This document shows, piece by piece, positions 11,001 through 21,300 of a stretch of DNA of 64,000 nucleotides (positions are counted from its first letter, which is position 1; the number at the start of each line of letters is the position of its first letter). Source of the stretch: an uncultured Actinomycetota bacterium (lineage in GTDB: Bacteria > Actinomycetota > Actinomycetes > Mycobacteriales > Mycobacteriaceae); contig CAVYEX010000006.1 in the NCBI GenBank assembly GCA_963767765.1, positions 69,225 to 133,224 on the forward strand, written 5' to 3'. The notes below the pieces were generated by a model, which worked only from the letters and a program-made list of their open reading frames with translations, had not been told where the DNA came from and did not search any database. The position numbers and the translations under genes were made by a program.

Positions 11001-11599
11001 GGCTTGACTCCGTTGAGATGGGCGCGGGTGATGATGTGGTCGACGAAGCCGTACTCCAGCGCCTCCTGGGCGGTGAACCAGCGGTCGCGGTCCGAGTCGG
11101 CCTCGATGCGTTCGATGGTTTGGCCGGTGAACTCGGCGTTGAGCCGGAACATCTCCTTCTTGATGACCGCGAACTGCTCCGCTTGAATCGCTATGTCGGC
11201 CGCGCTGCCGGTCACCCCGCCCAACGGCTGGTGCATCAGGATGCGCGCATGCGGCAGCGCGAAACGCTTGCCCTTGGCGCCCGCCGCCAGCAGGAACTCC
11301 CCCATCGACGCGGCCATGCCCATCGCATAGGTGGCGATGTCGCACGGCGCCAGCACCATGGTGTCGTAGACAGCCATCCCGGCGCTGATGGATCCGCCCG
11401 GCGAGTTGATGTACAGGTTGATGTCCTTCGCCGGGTCTTCGGCGGCGAGCAGCAGGATCTGCGCGCACAACCGGTTGGCGATGTCGTCGTCGACCTGAGA
11501 ACCCAGGAAGATGATTCGCTCGGCGAGCAGACGCTCATAGACCGAGTCGATCAGGTTCAAACCCTGGGTACTTGAACGCATGTGAGTCGCACCGCTCAC
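10997..11599 (-). CDS. clpP1: ATP-dependent Clp protease proteolytic subunit ClpP1
   Basis: ...MRSSTQGLNLIDSVYERLLAERIIFLGSQVDD...INSPGGSISAGMAVYDTM. The GTG at 11599 overlaps the TGA of a mini-ORF in the upstream MIRU-like element. ATG 11581 is an alternative start. Confidence 0.93.
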   Translation of the reverse strand: MSGATHMRSSTQGLNLIDSVYERLLAERIIFLGSQVDDDIANRLCAQILLLAAEDPAKDINLYINSPGGSISAGMAVYDTMVLAPCDIATYAMGMAASMGEFLLAAGAKGKRFALPHARILMHQPLGGVTGSAADIAIQAEQFAVIKKEMFRLNAEFTGQTIERIEADSDRDRWFTAQEALEYGFVDHIITRAHLNGVKP

Positions 11600-11668
11600 C
11601 GTGGGGCACCTGCTTCCATTTGCGCTGCTCCTCCTCATCGCTTTCGCTCTGCATCGTCGCCGGCGGCT
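11600..11668 (-). repeat. MIRU-like intercistronic repeat (short class) between tig and clpP1
   Basis: Minus-sense ccgccggcgacgatgcagagcgaaagcgatgaggaggagcagcgcaaatggaagcagg... matches my memory of the MIRU consensus (..GCCGGCGACGATGCAGAGCGTAGCGATGAGGAGGAGCGGCGC..). It aligns with the element at 28572..28657. It carries ATG 11619 of a 7-codon mini-ORF whose TGA overlaps the clpP1 GTG. Confidence 0.6.
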
Positions 11669-11744
11669 CGTGTTGCTTCTCCACCGACACTAACCAACGC
11701 TCAAGTTCGTGCACTCCCTGAAGTGCACACGTTCGCTCACAGCT

Positions 11745-13184
11745 TCACTCCGTGTCGTCGTCCTCGAGTTCGTCGTCGTCCAGCTCCTCGGCGTCGAGTT
11801 CGTCGTCGTCCAGCTCCTCGGCGTCCAATTCAACGTCCAGTTCGTCGTCCAGTTCGTCTCCGGACCGATGACCGAAGAACTCGCTGGTGTCGATGACCTC
11901 TCCGGCGGTGTCGGTGACCGTGACCGCCTCGACCACTGCGGCGATGGTCCGGCCCCGCCGCACATCGGCGAACATGTTCGGCAACTGGTTGTTCTGCTGC
12001 AGGTAGGACAGCAGTTGCTGCGGCTCGATGCCGTACTGCCGTGACATCAGGACCAGTCGCTGGGTCAGGTCGTCCTGAGTGACCTGGATGTCGAGGTGAT
12101 CGGCCAGGGCGTCCATCAGCAGCTGCGTCTTGACGGTCTTCTCGGCAGCGGTGCGCGCGTCGGCGTCGAACTCGGCACGCGACGAGCCCCGCTGGGCGAG
12201 CGTCTCGGCGAACCGGGCTTCGTCTTCCTCGAGCCCGTGCAGCGCGTTGTGCACGGTGTTGTCGGCCTGCGCCTTGACGATGGCCTCGGGTAGCGGTATC
12301 TCGATCTGCTCGAGCAGACTGTCCAACGTCGCGTTGCGGATCTTCTCCGCCTGCTGGATGCGCTTGGTGCGGCGCACCTGATCGACGAGATTGGCCCGCA
12401 ACTCTTCGATGGTGTCGAACTCGCTTGCCAATTGGGCGAATTCGTCGTCGGGTTCGGGCAGTTCACGTTCCTTCACCGACTCGACGGTGACGGTGACCTC
12501 GGCCTCCTTGCCGGCGTGCGGTCCGGCCGCCAGGGTCGTGGTGAATACCCGTGACTCACCGGCGGACAGGCCGACGATCGCGTCGTCAAGACCTTCGACG
12601 AGCTGACCGGACCCGACTTCGTGGGACAGCCCTTTTGTGCTCGCCTCTGGCACCTCTGCTCCGTCGACGGTGGCGGACAAGTCGATCGAGACGAAGTCGC
12701 CCGCGGCGGCCGGTCGTTCGACCCCGGTCAGGGTGCCGAATCGGGCGCGCAATGACTGCAGTTCGGCGTCGATGTCGTCGTCGGTGATCTCCACCGGGTC
12801 CACGGTGACGGTCAGCTCACTCAACTCGGGCAAATCGATGTCGGGGCGCACGTCAACCTCGGCGGTGAAGACCAGCTCCTGGCCATACTGCTTCTTGGTC
12901 ACCGCGATCTCGGGCTGGCCGAGCGGTCGCAAGTCCGACTGGGTCACCGCTTCGCCGTAGCGGCCGGGCAGCGCGTCGTTGACGACCTGATCAAGCATCG
13001 CCTCCCGGCCGATCCGCGCCTCGAGTAACTTTGCGGGCGCCTTGCCGGGGCGGAAACCCGGTAGTCGGACCTGCTTGGCCAGTTCCTTGTAAGCGCGGTC
13101 GAAGTCGGGTTCGAGCTCGTTGAACGGCACTTCGACGTTGAGCCGCACCCGGGTGGGGCTCAACTGCTCAACGGTGCTCTTCAC
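11745..13184 (-). CDS. tig: Trigger factor (ribosome-associated chaperone / PPIase) with acidic repeat tail
   Basis: [50 protein letters not shown]... is the canonical Tig N-terminus. Start at GTG 13184; the track start 13301 reads through tRNA-Pro. Confidence 0.95.
   Translation of the reverse strand: MKSTVEQLSPTRVRLNVEVPFNELEPDFDRAYKELAKQVRLPGFRPGKAPAKLLEARIGREAMLDQVVNDALPGRYGEAVTQSDLRPLGQPEIAVTKKQYGQELVFTAEVDVRPDIDLPELSELTVTVDPVEITDDDIDAELQSLRARFGTLTGVERPAAAGDFVSIDLSATVDGAEVPEASTKGLSHEVGSGQLVEGLDDAIVGLSAGESRVFTTTLAAGPHAGKEAEVTVTVESVKERELPEPDDEFAQLASEFDTIEELRANLVDQVRRTKRIQQAEKIRNATLDSLLEQIEIPLPEAIVKAQADNTVHNALHGLEEDEARFAETLAQRGSSRAEFDADARTAAEKTVKTQLLMDALADHLDIQVTQDDLTQRLVLMSRQYGIEPQQLLSYLQQNNQLPNMFADVRRGRTIAAVVEAVTVTDTAGEVIDTSEFFGHRSGDELDDELDVELDAEELDDDELDAEELDDDELEDDDTE
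11766..11825 (-). repeat. Perfect tandem duplication (2 x 30 bp) inside the tig 3' end
   Basis: gagttcgtcgtcgtccagctcctcggcgtc occurs at 11766..11795 and again at 11796..11825. It encodes [10 protein letters not shown] twice in the tail ...[37 protein letters not shown]. Confidence 0.9.
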
Positions 13185-13243
13185 GCGTGTGCTCCTCGAT
13201 GTCGTTGCGGCGGCCATGGCGGCGGTATGGCGCGGCTTCCGAG

Positions 13244-13317
13244 TCGGGGTGACAGGATTTGAACCTGCGGCCTTCCGCTCCCAAAGCGGATGCGCTACCA
13301 AGCTGCGCTACACCCCG
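13244..13317 (-). tRNA. tRNA-Pro (anticodon UGG)
   Basis: Reverse complement cggggtgtagcgcagcttggtagcgcatccgctttgggagcggaaggccgcaggttcaaatcctgtcaccccga folds as a cloverleaf. Anticodon loop uuUGGga, T-loop ttcaaat. Confidence 0.95.
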
Positions 13318-13442
13318 CACTGACCTCGCGATCCTACGGCCAGCCCTCGTCGTGTCCGCGGCTGCCTCTCAGCACGGTCACGGGACGGTGTCATTTGGAT
13401 TTGATCTCAGCTGCGACGTACAGTCGCGCTCGAGTAATTCGC

Positions 13443-13513
13443 GCGGGCGTAGCTCAATGGTAGAGCCCTAGTCTTCCAAACTAGCGACGCGGGTTCGATT
13501 CCCGTCGCCCGCT
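13443..13513 (+). tRNA. tRNA-Gly (anticodon UCC)
   Basis: gcgggcgtagctcaatggtagagccctagtcttccaaactagcgacgcgggttcgattcccgtcgcccgct. Anticodon loop cuUCCaa; acceptor stem gcgggcg/cgcccgc. Confidence 0.95.
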
Positions 13514-13551
13514 CCGGCTGGGGTTCCCGACGCCCGACAGGGAGAGGCGCC

Positions 13552-14742
13552 ATGGGCAAGTGTGGCCCGCAAGTCGAGATCCAAGGCTCGTGTGAGGCGC
13601 GCTTCGCCCGGGTGCGCGATGCGTTCGAGCAAAATTTCGTGCTGCGCAACGAAGTGGGGGCCGCGGTCGCCGTGTGGGTGGACGGAAACCTCGTCGTCAA
13701 CCTGTGGGGCGGGTCAACTGCCGCCGCCGCCGGCCGGCCGTGGCGCGAGGACACGCTCGCCAATGTGCTCTCCGGTTCCAAGGGGCTGACCAGCACCTGC
13801 GTGCACCAGCTGGCCGATCGCGGCGCGCTGGACCTCGACGCGCCGGTGGCCCGGTATTGGCCGGAGTTCGGGCGAGCAGGAAAAGAAGGCGTCACCGTCG
13901 CCATGGTGCTCAGCCACCGGTCCGGAGTCATCGGACCGCCCGCCCGCATGGACTGGCCCGAGGTGGCCGACTGGGATCACGTGTGCAGCCGCATCGCGGC
14001 CGCCGAACCGTGGTGGCAGCCGGGCAGCGCCCAGGGTTACCAGCTGGCCACCTTCGGCTTCATCCTCGGCGAGGTTTTCCGCCGCGTGACCGGCTGCACG
14101 ATCGGTCAGTACCTGCGTGCAGAGATCGCCGAACCGATGGGCATCGACGTACATATCGGCCTCACCACGGCCGAACAGGTGCGCTGCGCCGACCCGGTCA
14201 ACAAACCGCGCCTGCGAGAGGTGCTCGGAACCGCCCCGTCGGACCCCGTCTCACTTGACGAGCACCCCAAGGCGGGCATGGCGGTCGCGCTCGGTTTCCT
14301 ACCGGACGACGACCTGGGTTTCCACGACGTGCAGCGCTGGCGTGCGCTCGAATTCCCCGCCACGAACGCACACGTGTCAGCACTGGGACTGGCGTCTTTC
14401 TACAACGCGCTGGCCATGGAGAAGCTGTTGACCCGTCGCCACATGGAACTGGTACGGGTGTCTCAAGGCGGGTACGAGACCGATTTGGTGCTCGGAGCGC
14501 GGGTCGCCGACCACGGCTGGGGCCTGGGGTTCATGCTCAATCAGCGCTGCGTGGCCGGGCCGAACCCGCGCATCTTCGGGCACGGCGGCTTGGGCGGGTC
14601 GTTCGCCTTCGTGGATCTGGAGCACCGGATCGGCTACGCCTACGTGATGAATTACTACGACGCCACCAAAGCCAACGCCGATCCGCGCAGTGTCGCGCTG
14701 AGCGATCAGGTTTACGCCGCCCTCGGCGTCACCCGAACCTGA
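13552..14742 (+). CDS. lipP: Serine hydrolase of the beta-lactamase/esterase family (LipP-like)
   Basis: 396 aa with SGSKG (S-x-x-K) active-site motif and a gggagagg RBS before the ATG. The position after tRNA-Pro/tRNA-Gly matches remembered Rv2463. Confidence 0.85.
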   Translation: MGKCGPQVEIQGSCEARFARVRDAFEQNFVLRNEVGAAVAVWVDGNLVVNLWGGSTAAAAGRPWREDTLANVLSGSKGLTSTCVHQLADRGALDLDAPVARYWPEFGRAGKEGVTVAMVLSHRSGVIGPPARMDWPEVADWDHVCSRIAAAEPWWQPGSAQGYQLATFGFILGEVFRRVTGCTIGQYLRAEIAEPMGIDVHIGLTTAEQVRCADPVNKPRLREVLGTAPSDPVSLDEHPKAGMAVALGFLPDDDLGFHDVQRWRALEFPATNAHVSALGLASFYNALAMEKLLTRRHMELVRVSQGGYETDLVLGARVADHGWGLGFMLNQRCVAGPNPRIFGHGGLGGSFAFVDLEHRIGYAYVMNYYDATKANADPRSVALSDQVYAALGVTRT

Positions 14743-14758
14743 CGGAACTGCCCGGCGT

Positions 14759-15019
14759 TCAGCCGCCCCCGCCGCCGCCGCCTCCGCCGTCGCTTCCCCG
14801 ACCACTGAGGTCCTCGTCGGGGTAGTAGTACACGGTTCCCGGAGGCGCGACGTTCGGTGCAGGCGCTGGCGCCGGATTGCTGCAATTACTGCCCGCGGGA
14901 CATGGGTCCAACGGGAACGGCGCCAACTGCGCCTGGGCGTCGATCGCGGAGCCCACCCCCAGACCCAGGCCAGCGGTCAGCGCAACCGTTGTCGCGGCGA
15001 CGCGCACGGACTTCTTCAT
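14759..15019 (-). CDS. Small secreted protein, paralogue 1 (signal peptide ending AQAQ; C-terminal Gly9)
   Basis: MKKSVRVAATTVALTAGLGLGVGSAIDAQAQ|LAPFPLDPCPAGSNCSNPAPAPAPN...DEDLSGRGSDGGGGGGGGG. The N-region/h-region/AxA site looks like a Sec signal. It is paralogous in its N-terminus to 15138..15446. Confidence 0.6.
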   Translation of the reverse strand: MKKSVRVAATTVALTAGLGLGVGSAIDAQAQLAPFPLDPCPAGSNCSNPAPAPAPNVAPPGTVYYYPDEDLSGRGSDGGGGGGGGG

Positions 15020-15137
15020 GCGCGGATCCTACGTCAGCCGGCCCATTGGTGTATCCGAACAACGAGGTCAGCGGCGCCCGCGCAGACAGTTAACGGGCAC
15101 GTCACCCGGTGGGCAACAAACGTTAACGCCGCGGCAC

Positions 15138-15446
15138 TCAGCGCCCCTGCCCTTGGTTCCAGCCCGGACCTCGGTCGTCGTTGCGCGGGCCGGGTCCGCG
15201 ATCGTCGTACCCGCGGAAGTCGCGGCTGTGGTCACCGCCGTCGCGGTCCCGGTGGAAATCGTCGTGGCACTCATTCCAGTCCCAGTTCGGACCCCAGCCC
15301 GGGTCGTAGAACTGGCCGGGGCACCAGTGATAGTCCGGCAGCGGCGCCGGCTGAGCCTGGGCGATATCAGCGAATCCGAGACCAGCCAAACCCAAACCGG
15401 CGGTCATCGCGAGTGTCGTTGCGGCAGACCGTGCGAATGTGTTCAT
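15138..15446 (-). CDS. Small secreted protein, paralogue 2 (WCPG / Trp-rich core; His/Asp/Arg/Gly-rich tail)
   Basis: MNTFARSAATTLAMTAGLGLAGLGFADIAQAQ|PAPLPDYHWCPGQFYDPGWGPNWDWNECHDDFHRDRDGGDHSRDFRGYDDRGPGPRNDDRGPGWNQGQGR. Signal peptide plus a two-Cys core. Confidence 0.65.
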   Translation of the reverse strand: MNTFARSAATTLAMTAGLGLAGLGFADIAQAQPAPLPDYHWCPGQFYDPGWGPNWDWNECHDDFHRDRDGGDHSRDFRGYDDRGPGPRNDDRGPGWNQGQGR

Positions 15447-15528
15447 GCGGCAGGGAGTGCACAGAACCGTTCACTGTCAAACCTGTACGTACGTGCGCCT
15501 GTCCCTACGATGTGCTGGCAGTCGCCTG

Positions 15529-15747
15529 TCAACCGCGTGGGGTTGCCAACTGTGACGTCGAACACAAAGTGCCCGGAAGACAACGGGTTTCGCGGTCAGC
15601 TGAGCCGCGCCAGCAAACGCTGCCGAGGGTGCTGCCGCATCCGGGGCACCACACCGGCACCAATCGGGGTTGAGCTTGAGCCTCGCCCATGGCGGCCCAA
15701 CTCGCCAGTGCCGAACCGGCGGCGATGACTGCTCTTGCTGTGATACG
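15529..15747 (-). pseudogene. Third paralogue of the AQAQ/WCPG secreted-peptide family lacking a canonical start codon (degenerate copy or non-canonical start)
   Basis: My translation in the frame ending at TGA 15531..15529: ...RITARAVIAAGSALASWAAMGEAQAQ|PRLVPVWCPGCGSTLGSVCWRGSADRETRCLPGTLCSTSQLATPRG. There is no ATG/GTG/TTG in frame upstream of the signal-like segment before an in-frame TGA. It is not in the ORF track because the ATG-initiated part is under 60 aa. Confidence 0.35.
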
Positions 15748-15852
15748 ACTCGCGCGTGCCCCCGTGACGAGGTTGTAGCAGTTCCAAGAATGCGGAATGC
15801 GCTGATTCCCGAATTTCGGGCTGAGCCGATCAATTCACATGTCAGCCGCTTA

Positions 15853-16659
15853 TTACACCTGACACGTCGGGCACCAGAAAACGTTGCGGCCCTCCAACAC
15901 TGCGGTACGAATGAGTGTGCCGCAGACCCGGCAGGGGTCACCGGCGCGGCGGTAGACGTAGGTCCGCGGTCGCCCGGGCCGGTACGAGGGCGGACCGTGG
16001 TCATGCTCGGGCCGGATCGCGATGATCTTGCCGCGACGCAGCCCGATGTTCATCAGCGCCACCAAGTCGGTCCAGGCAGCCGCGAACTCGGCCTGGCTGA
16101 CCGCCCGGCCGGGCCGGTAGGGGTCGATACGGTGACGAAAGAGCAGCTCGCTGCGGAACACGTTGCCAACGCCGGCAATAATCTTCTGATCCATCAGCAG
16201 AGCGCCAATTGGCCTGCGCGAGGCGCTGATTCGCGCCCAAGCCGGAGCCGGGTCGGCGTCACGGCGCAGCGGGTCGGGCCCGAGCCTGGAAACCACATCG
16301 CTGATCTGCGCCTCGTCGATCAACTCGCACACCGTGGGCCCGCGCAGATCGGTGCCGTATTCGCCGCCGACCATCCGCATCCGCACCTGACCGACCGGGG
16401 CGGGCATCGCCGCGTCGAGCGGGCGCTTCCATTCGGTGAAGGTGCCGTAAAGCCCCAGATGAATGTGCACCGTGCGCCCGCCGGCGTACTGGTGGAACAG
16501 GTGCTTCCCCCAGGCGCTGACGCGACGCAGCACCCGGCCATCGACGGCCGCGGCTGATTCGGTGAATCGCCCCTGCGGGCTGGTGACCGATACCGGCGCA
16601 CCGGCGAACCGCCGTTGATGCAGCCGCGCCAATCGGTGCAGCGTATGCCCTTCGGGCAT
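15853..16659 (-). CDS. nei: Fpg/Nei family DNA glycosylase (endonuclease VIII)
   Basis: N-terminal MPEGHTL (catalytic Pro2/Glu3), C-terminal zinc finger CRVCGTLIRTAVLEGRNVFWCPTCQ. Matches the remembered position of Rv2464c. Confidence 0.92.
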   Translation of the reverse strand: MPEGHTLHRLARLHQRRFAGAPVSVTSPQGRFTESAAAVDGRVLRRVSAWGKHLFHQYAGGRTVHIHLGLYGTFTEWKRPLDAAMPAPVGQVRMRMVGGEYGTDLRGPTVCELIDEAQISDVVSRLGPDPLRRDADPAPAWARISASRRPIGALLMDQKIIAGVGNVFRSELLFRHRIDPYRPGRAVSQAEFAAAWTDLVALMNIGLRRGKIIAIRPEHDHGPPSYRPGRPRTYVYRRAGDPCRVCGTLIRTAVLEGRNVFWCPTCQV

Positions 16660-16665
16660 GGCGGG

Positions 16666-17151
16666 TTATCCGCTGACGCCGGCACCGGGCACCGTGGGCG
16701 CCTGATGGTTGCGTTCGTATTCGTCGAGTATGTCGATCCGACGTTGGTGGCGTTCAGCTTTCGACCACGGTGTGGTGACGAACGCGTCGACGATCGCCAA
16801 CGCCTCTGTGAGGGAGTGCATTCGGGCACCGATACCGATCAGCTGAGCGTTGTTGTGCTGGCGCGCCAACGTCGCGGTCTCCACGCTCCACGCCAGTGCG
16901 CAGCGAGCGCCCGGAACTTTGTTCGCGGCGATCTGCTCGCCATTGCCTGACCCGCCCAGCACGATGCCCAAGCTGCCCGGATCAGCCACCGTGTGCACGG
17001 CGGCGGCGATACAGAAGGGCGGATAGTCGTCGTCGGCCTGATAACTGAACGCGCCACAGTCGACCGGCTCATGCCCGGACTGCTTGAGGTGTTCGATGAC
17101 CCGAGCCTTGAGTTCAAAGCCGGCGTGGTCAGAACCGAGGTACACCCGCAT
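16666..17151 (-). CDS. rpiB: Ribose-5-phosphate isomerase B
   Basis: MRVYLGSDHAGFELK...GSGNGEQIAANK is typical RpiB/LacAB family sequence; 161 aa. Confidence 0.93.
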   Translation of the reverse strand: MRVYLGSDHAGFELKARVIEHLKQSGHEPVDCGAFSYQADDDYPPFCIAAAVHTVADPGSLGIVLGGSGNGEQIAANKVPGARCALAWSVETATLARQHNNAQLIGIGARMHSLTEALAIVDAFVTTPWSKAERHQRRIDILDEYERNHQAPTVPGAGVSG

Positions 17152-17223
17152 CGTCGTGATCCTTCCGCCGAGGATGAACTTATCCGACGTCCCCTGGGTT
17201 GCGTCGCCGGACGGGCAACCGGC

Positions 17224-17832
17224 TTAGTCGAATTGCGGCGGCTCGGTACGGGTTCGCTTCAACTCCCAAAAGTGCGGATAGGACGCGAAGGCCACCGAAG
17301 CGTCCCAGATCTTGCCGGCGTCGTCGCCGCGCGGAATCTTCGAGAGCACCGGCCCGAAGAAGGCCACCCCGTTGACGTGAATCGTCGGCGTGCCGACGTC
17401 GTCGCCGACCGCGTCCATCCCGGCATGGTGGCTTTTGCGCAGCGCCTCGTCGTGGGCGTCGCTATGGGCGGCCTCGGCCAACTCGGCCGGCAGCCCCGCC
17501 TCGGCGAGTGACTGCTCGATCACCTCGTCGAGGTTCTTGTTGCCGTCGTTATGGATGCGAGTACCCATCGCGGTGTACAGCGGGGCGAGAACGTCGGCGC
17601 CGTGCGCCTGCTCCGCGGCGATCGCCACCCGCACGGGACCCCACGCTTTCTTCATGTTCTCCTGGTACTTCTCCGGTAGATCACGGCCCTCATTGAGCAC
17701 GGCCAGACTCATCACGTGGAAGTTCGCCTCGATGTCGCGAACTTTCTCCACCTCCAGAATCCAGCGCGACGTGATCCAGCACCACGGGCACAGCGGATCG
17801 AACCAGAAATCGGCAACTGACTTCTCAGGCAT
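17224..17832 (-). CDS. DsbA-like thioredoxin-fold oxidoreductase (Rv2466c-like, CPWC active site)
   Basis: [31 protein letters not shown]... Start at ATG 17832; the track start 18123 would overlap pepN divergently and adds Arg/Gly-rich sequence. Confidence 0.88.
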   Translation of the reverse strand: MPEKSVADFWFDPLCPWCWITSRWILEVEKVRDIEANFHVMSLAVLNEGRDLPEKYQENMKKAWGPVRVAIAAEQAHGADVLAPLYTAMGTRIHNDGNKNLDEVIEQSLAEAGLPAELAEAAHSDAHDEALRKSHHAGMDAVGDDVGTPTIHVNGVAFFGPVLSKIPRGDDAGKIWDASVAFASYPHFWELKRTRTEPPQFD

Positions 17833-17922
17833 TGCGGGTCCTTCCCTCGACGGTCGGCTAGCCGCCCAGCACAACCCTAGCCGCGATGCACCTGTTCGGT
17901 GTCGCGCGCCTAAGTTAGACGC

Positions 17923-20505
<2,583 letters not shown>

Positions 20506-20520
20506 GCCCCCTTCGGCCGC

Positions 20521-20547
20521 GAGCAGGCACGGAATGCCGGCCTGCTC
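20521..20547. terminator. Hairpin between convergent pepN and the DUF5130 gene (possible bidirectional terminator)
   Basis: gagcaggca-cggaa-tgcc(g)gcctgctc is a stem of about 12 bp with one bulge, located 16 nt after the pepN stop. Confidence 0.5.
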
Positions 20548-20586
20548 GGCGCGTCGGCGTACACACACGCCCGCTCGCGCCAGGAA

Positions 20587-21090
20587 TTACGCCGGCGAAA
20601 TGCCCGAGCTGAGGGTGCGCACCGCGGCAGCCAGCCCGTCGAGGAGGTGGCCCGCCTGGAAGGCCGGCGTTGCGGCCGCGACGCCCAGCGGCGCGGCCGA
20701 CTCGGCCCCGCGGCCGCGGACCTGCGAGCCGTACACCACTTCGATCGCGTGCTGGTCGGGCGAGACGGCGACCAGCACCGCGCTGTCAGGGGTCGGCACC
20801 TTGGCCAGAAGCTGGCGGGCCCGCGCTGCGGTGTCGTTGCCGAGATCGCCGATGTAGACCGCGAACCGCGCATCGGAGGCCCGCGACGCTGACGTCAACG
20901 TGTCGTCGAGGCGCACCAGGTCCTTGATCGGAAACGGGTAGTGGGTCGACACCTCGCCGGGTTCGGTGACCCCGGAGAGCCGTCCGCTGGTGGTGACGAC
21001 CCACCCGGATGGCAGCTCGGCCGGGTCGATCGTCGCGAGTTCACCACTTGCCACTGGCGCCACCTCCCACGCTGAACTCGGCCGCGCCAT
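20587..21090 (-). CDS. DUF5130-type conserved protein (Rv2468c-like)
   Basis: 167-aa ORF, the same length as remembered Rv2468c and in the syntenic position after pepN. The assignment rests mainly on synteny and length. Confidence 0.7.
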   Translation of the reverse strand: MARPSSAWEVAPVASGELATIDPAELPSGWVVTTSGRLSGVTEPGEVSTHYPFPIKDLVRLDDTLTSASRASDARFAVYIGDLGNDTAARARQLLAKVPTPDSAVLVAVSPDQHAIEVVYGSQVRGRGAESAAPLGVAAATPAFQAGHLLDGLAAAVRTLSSGISPA

Positions 21091-21277
21091 GACCGTGGTG
21101 GCCGTCGCCGATGTGCTCCTCGGTCGCGGCCCACAGGATCGGCGGATGCGTCCACCGCTCGGACATCTTGTAGGTCGTGGGATGGGGCCCCTTACGGGAC
21201 CAGATCAGCCCTACCAGCACAAGCACCAGCAACAGCGGAATGCCCACGAAGAACAGGTGGATCTCCATCATGCTCAC
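21041..21277 (-). CDS. Small single-pass membrane protein, possibly the aa3 oxidase accessory subunit CtaJ-like
   Basis: [55 protein letters not shown]...: one TM helix, then a conserved-looking W/P-rich segment. It resembles my memory of actinobacterial CtaJ sequences, which I cannot verify here. GTG start. Confidence 0.5.
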   Translation of the reverse strand: MSMMEIHLFFVGIPLLLVLVLVGLIWSRKGPHPTTYKMSERWTHPPILWAATEEHIGDGHHGHGAAEFSVGGGASGKW

Positions 21278-21300
21278 GACGCAAACCGTATCGCAACGAG

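Noticed and set aside
10365-11468. 367-aa track ORF suggesting one long clpP gene
   Set aside because: Its N-terminal 155 aa are an out-of-frame read through clpP1. The canonical ClpP2 N-terminus (MNPDIQPQARYILPSF) starts at 11000, with an ATGA overlap to clpP1.
11709-11728. gtgcac-N8-gtgcac palindrome pair between tig and clpP1 as a ClgR operator or tig terminator
   Set aside because: It does not fit the CGC-N5-GCG ClgR-type consensus I remember. The stem is only 6 bp with no U-tract, so it is too weak to call.
14762-14788. GGN/GCC triplet run and other short GC-rich repeats checked as possible CRISPR or VNTR arrays
   Set aside because: There is no repeat-spacer periodicity anywhere in the window. 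This run is coding (poly-Gly), and other repeats are single duplications or MIRU-like single copies.
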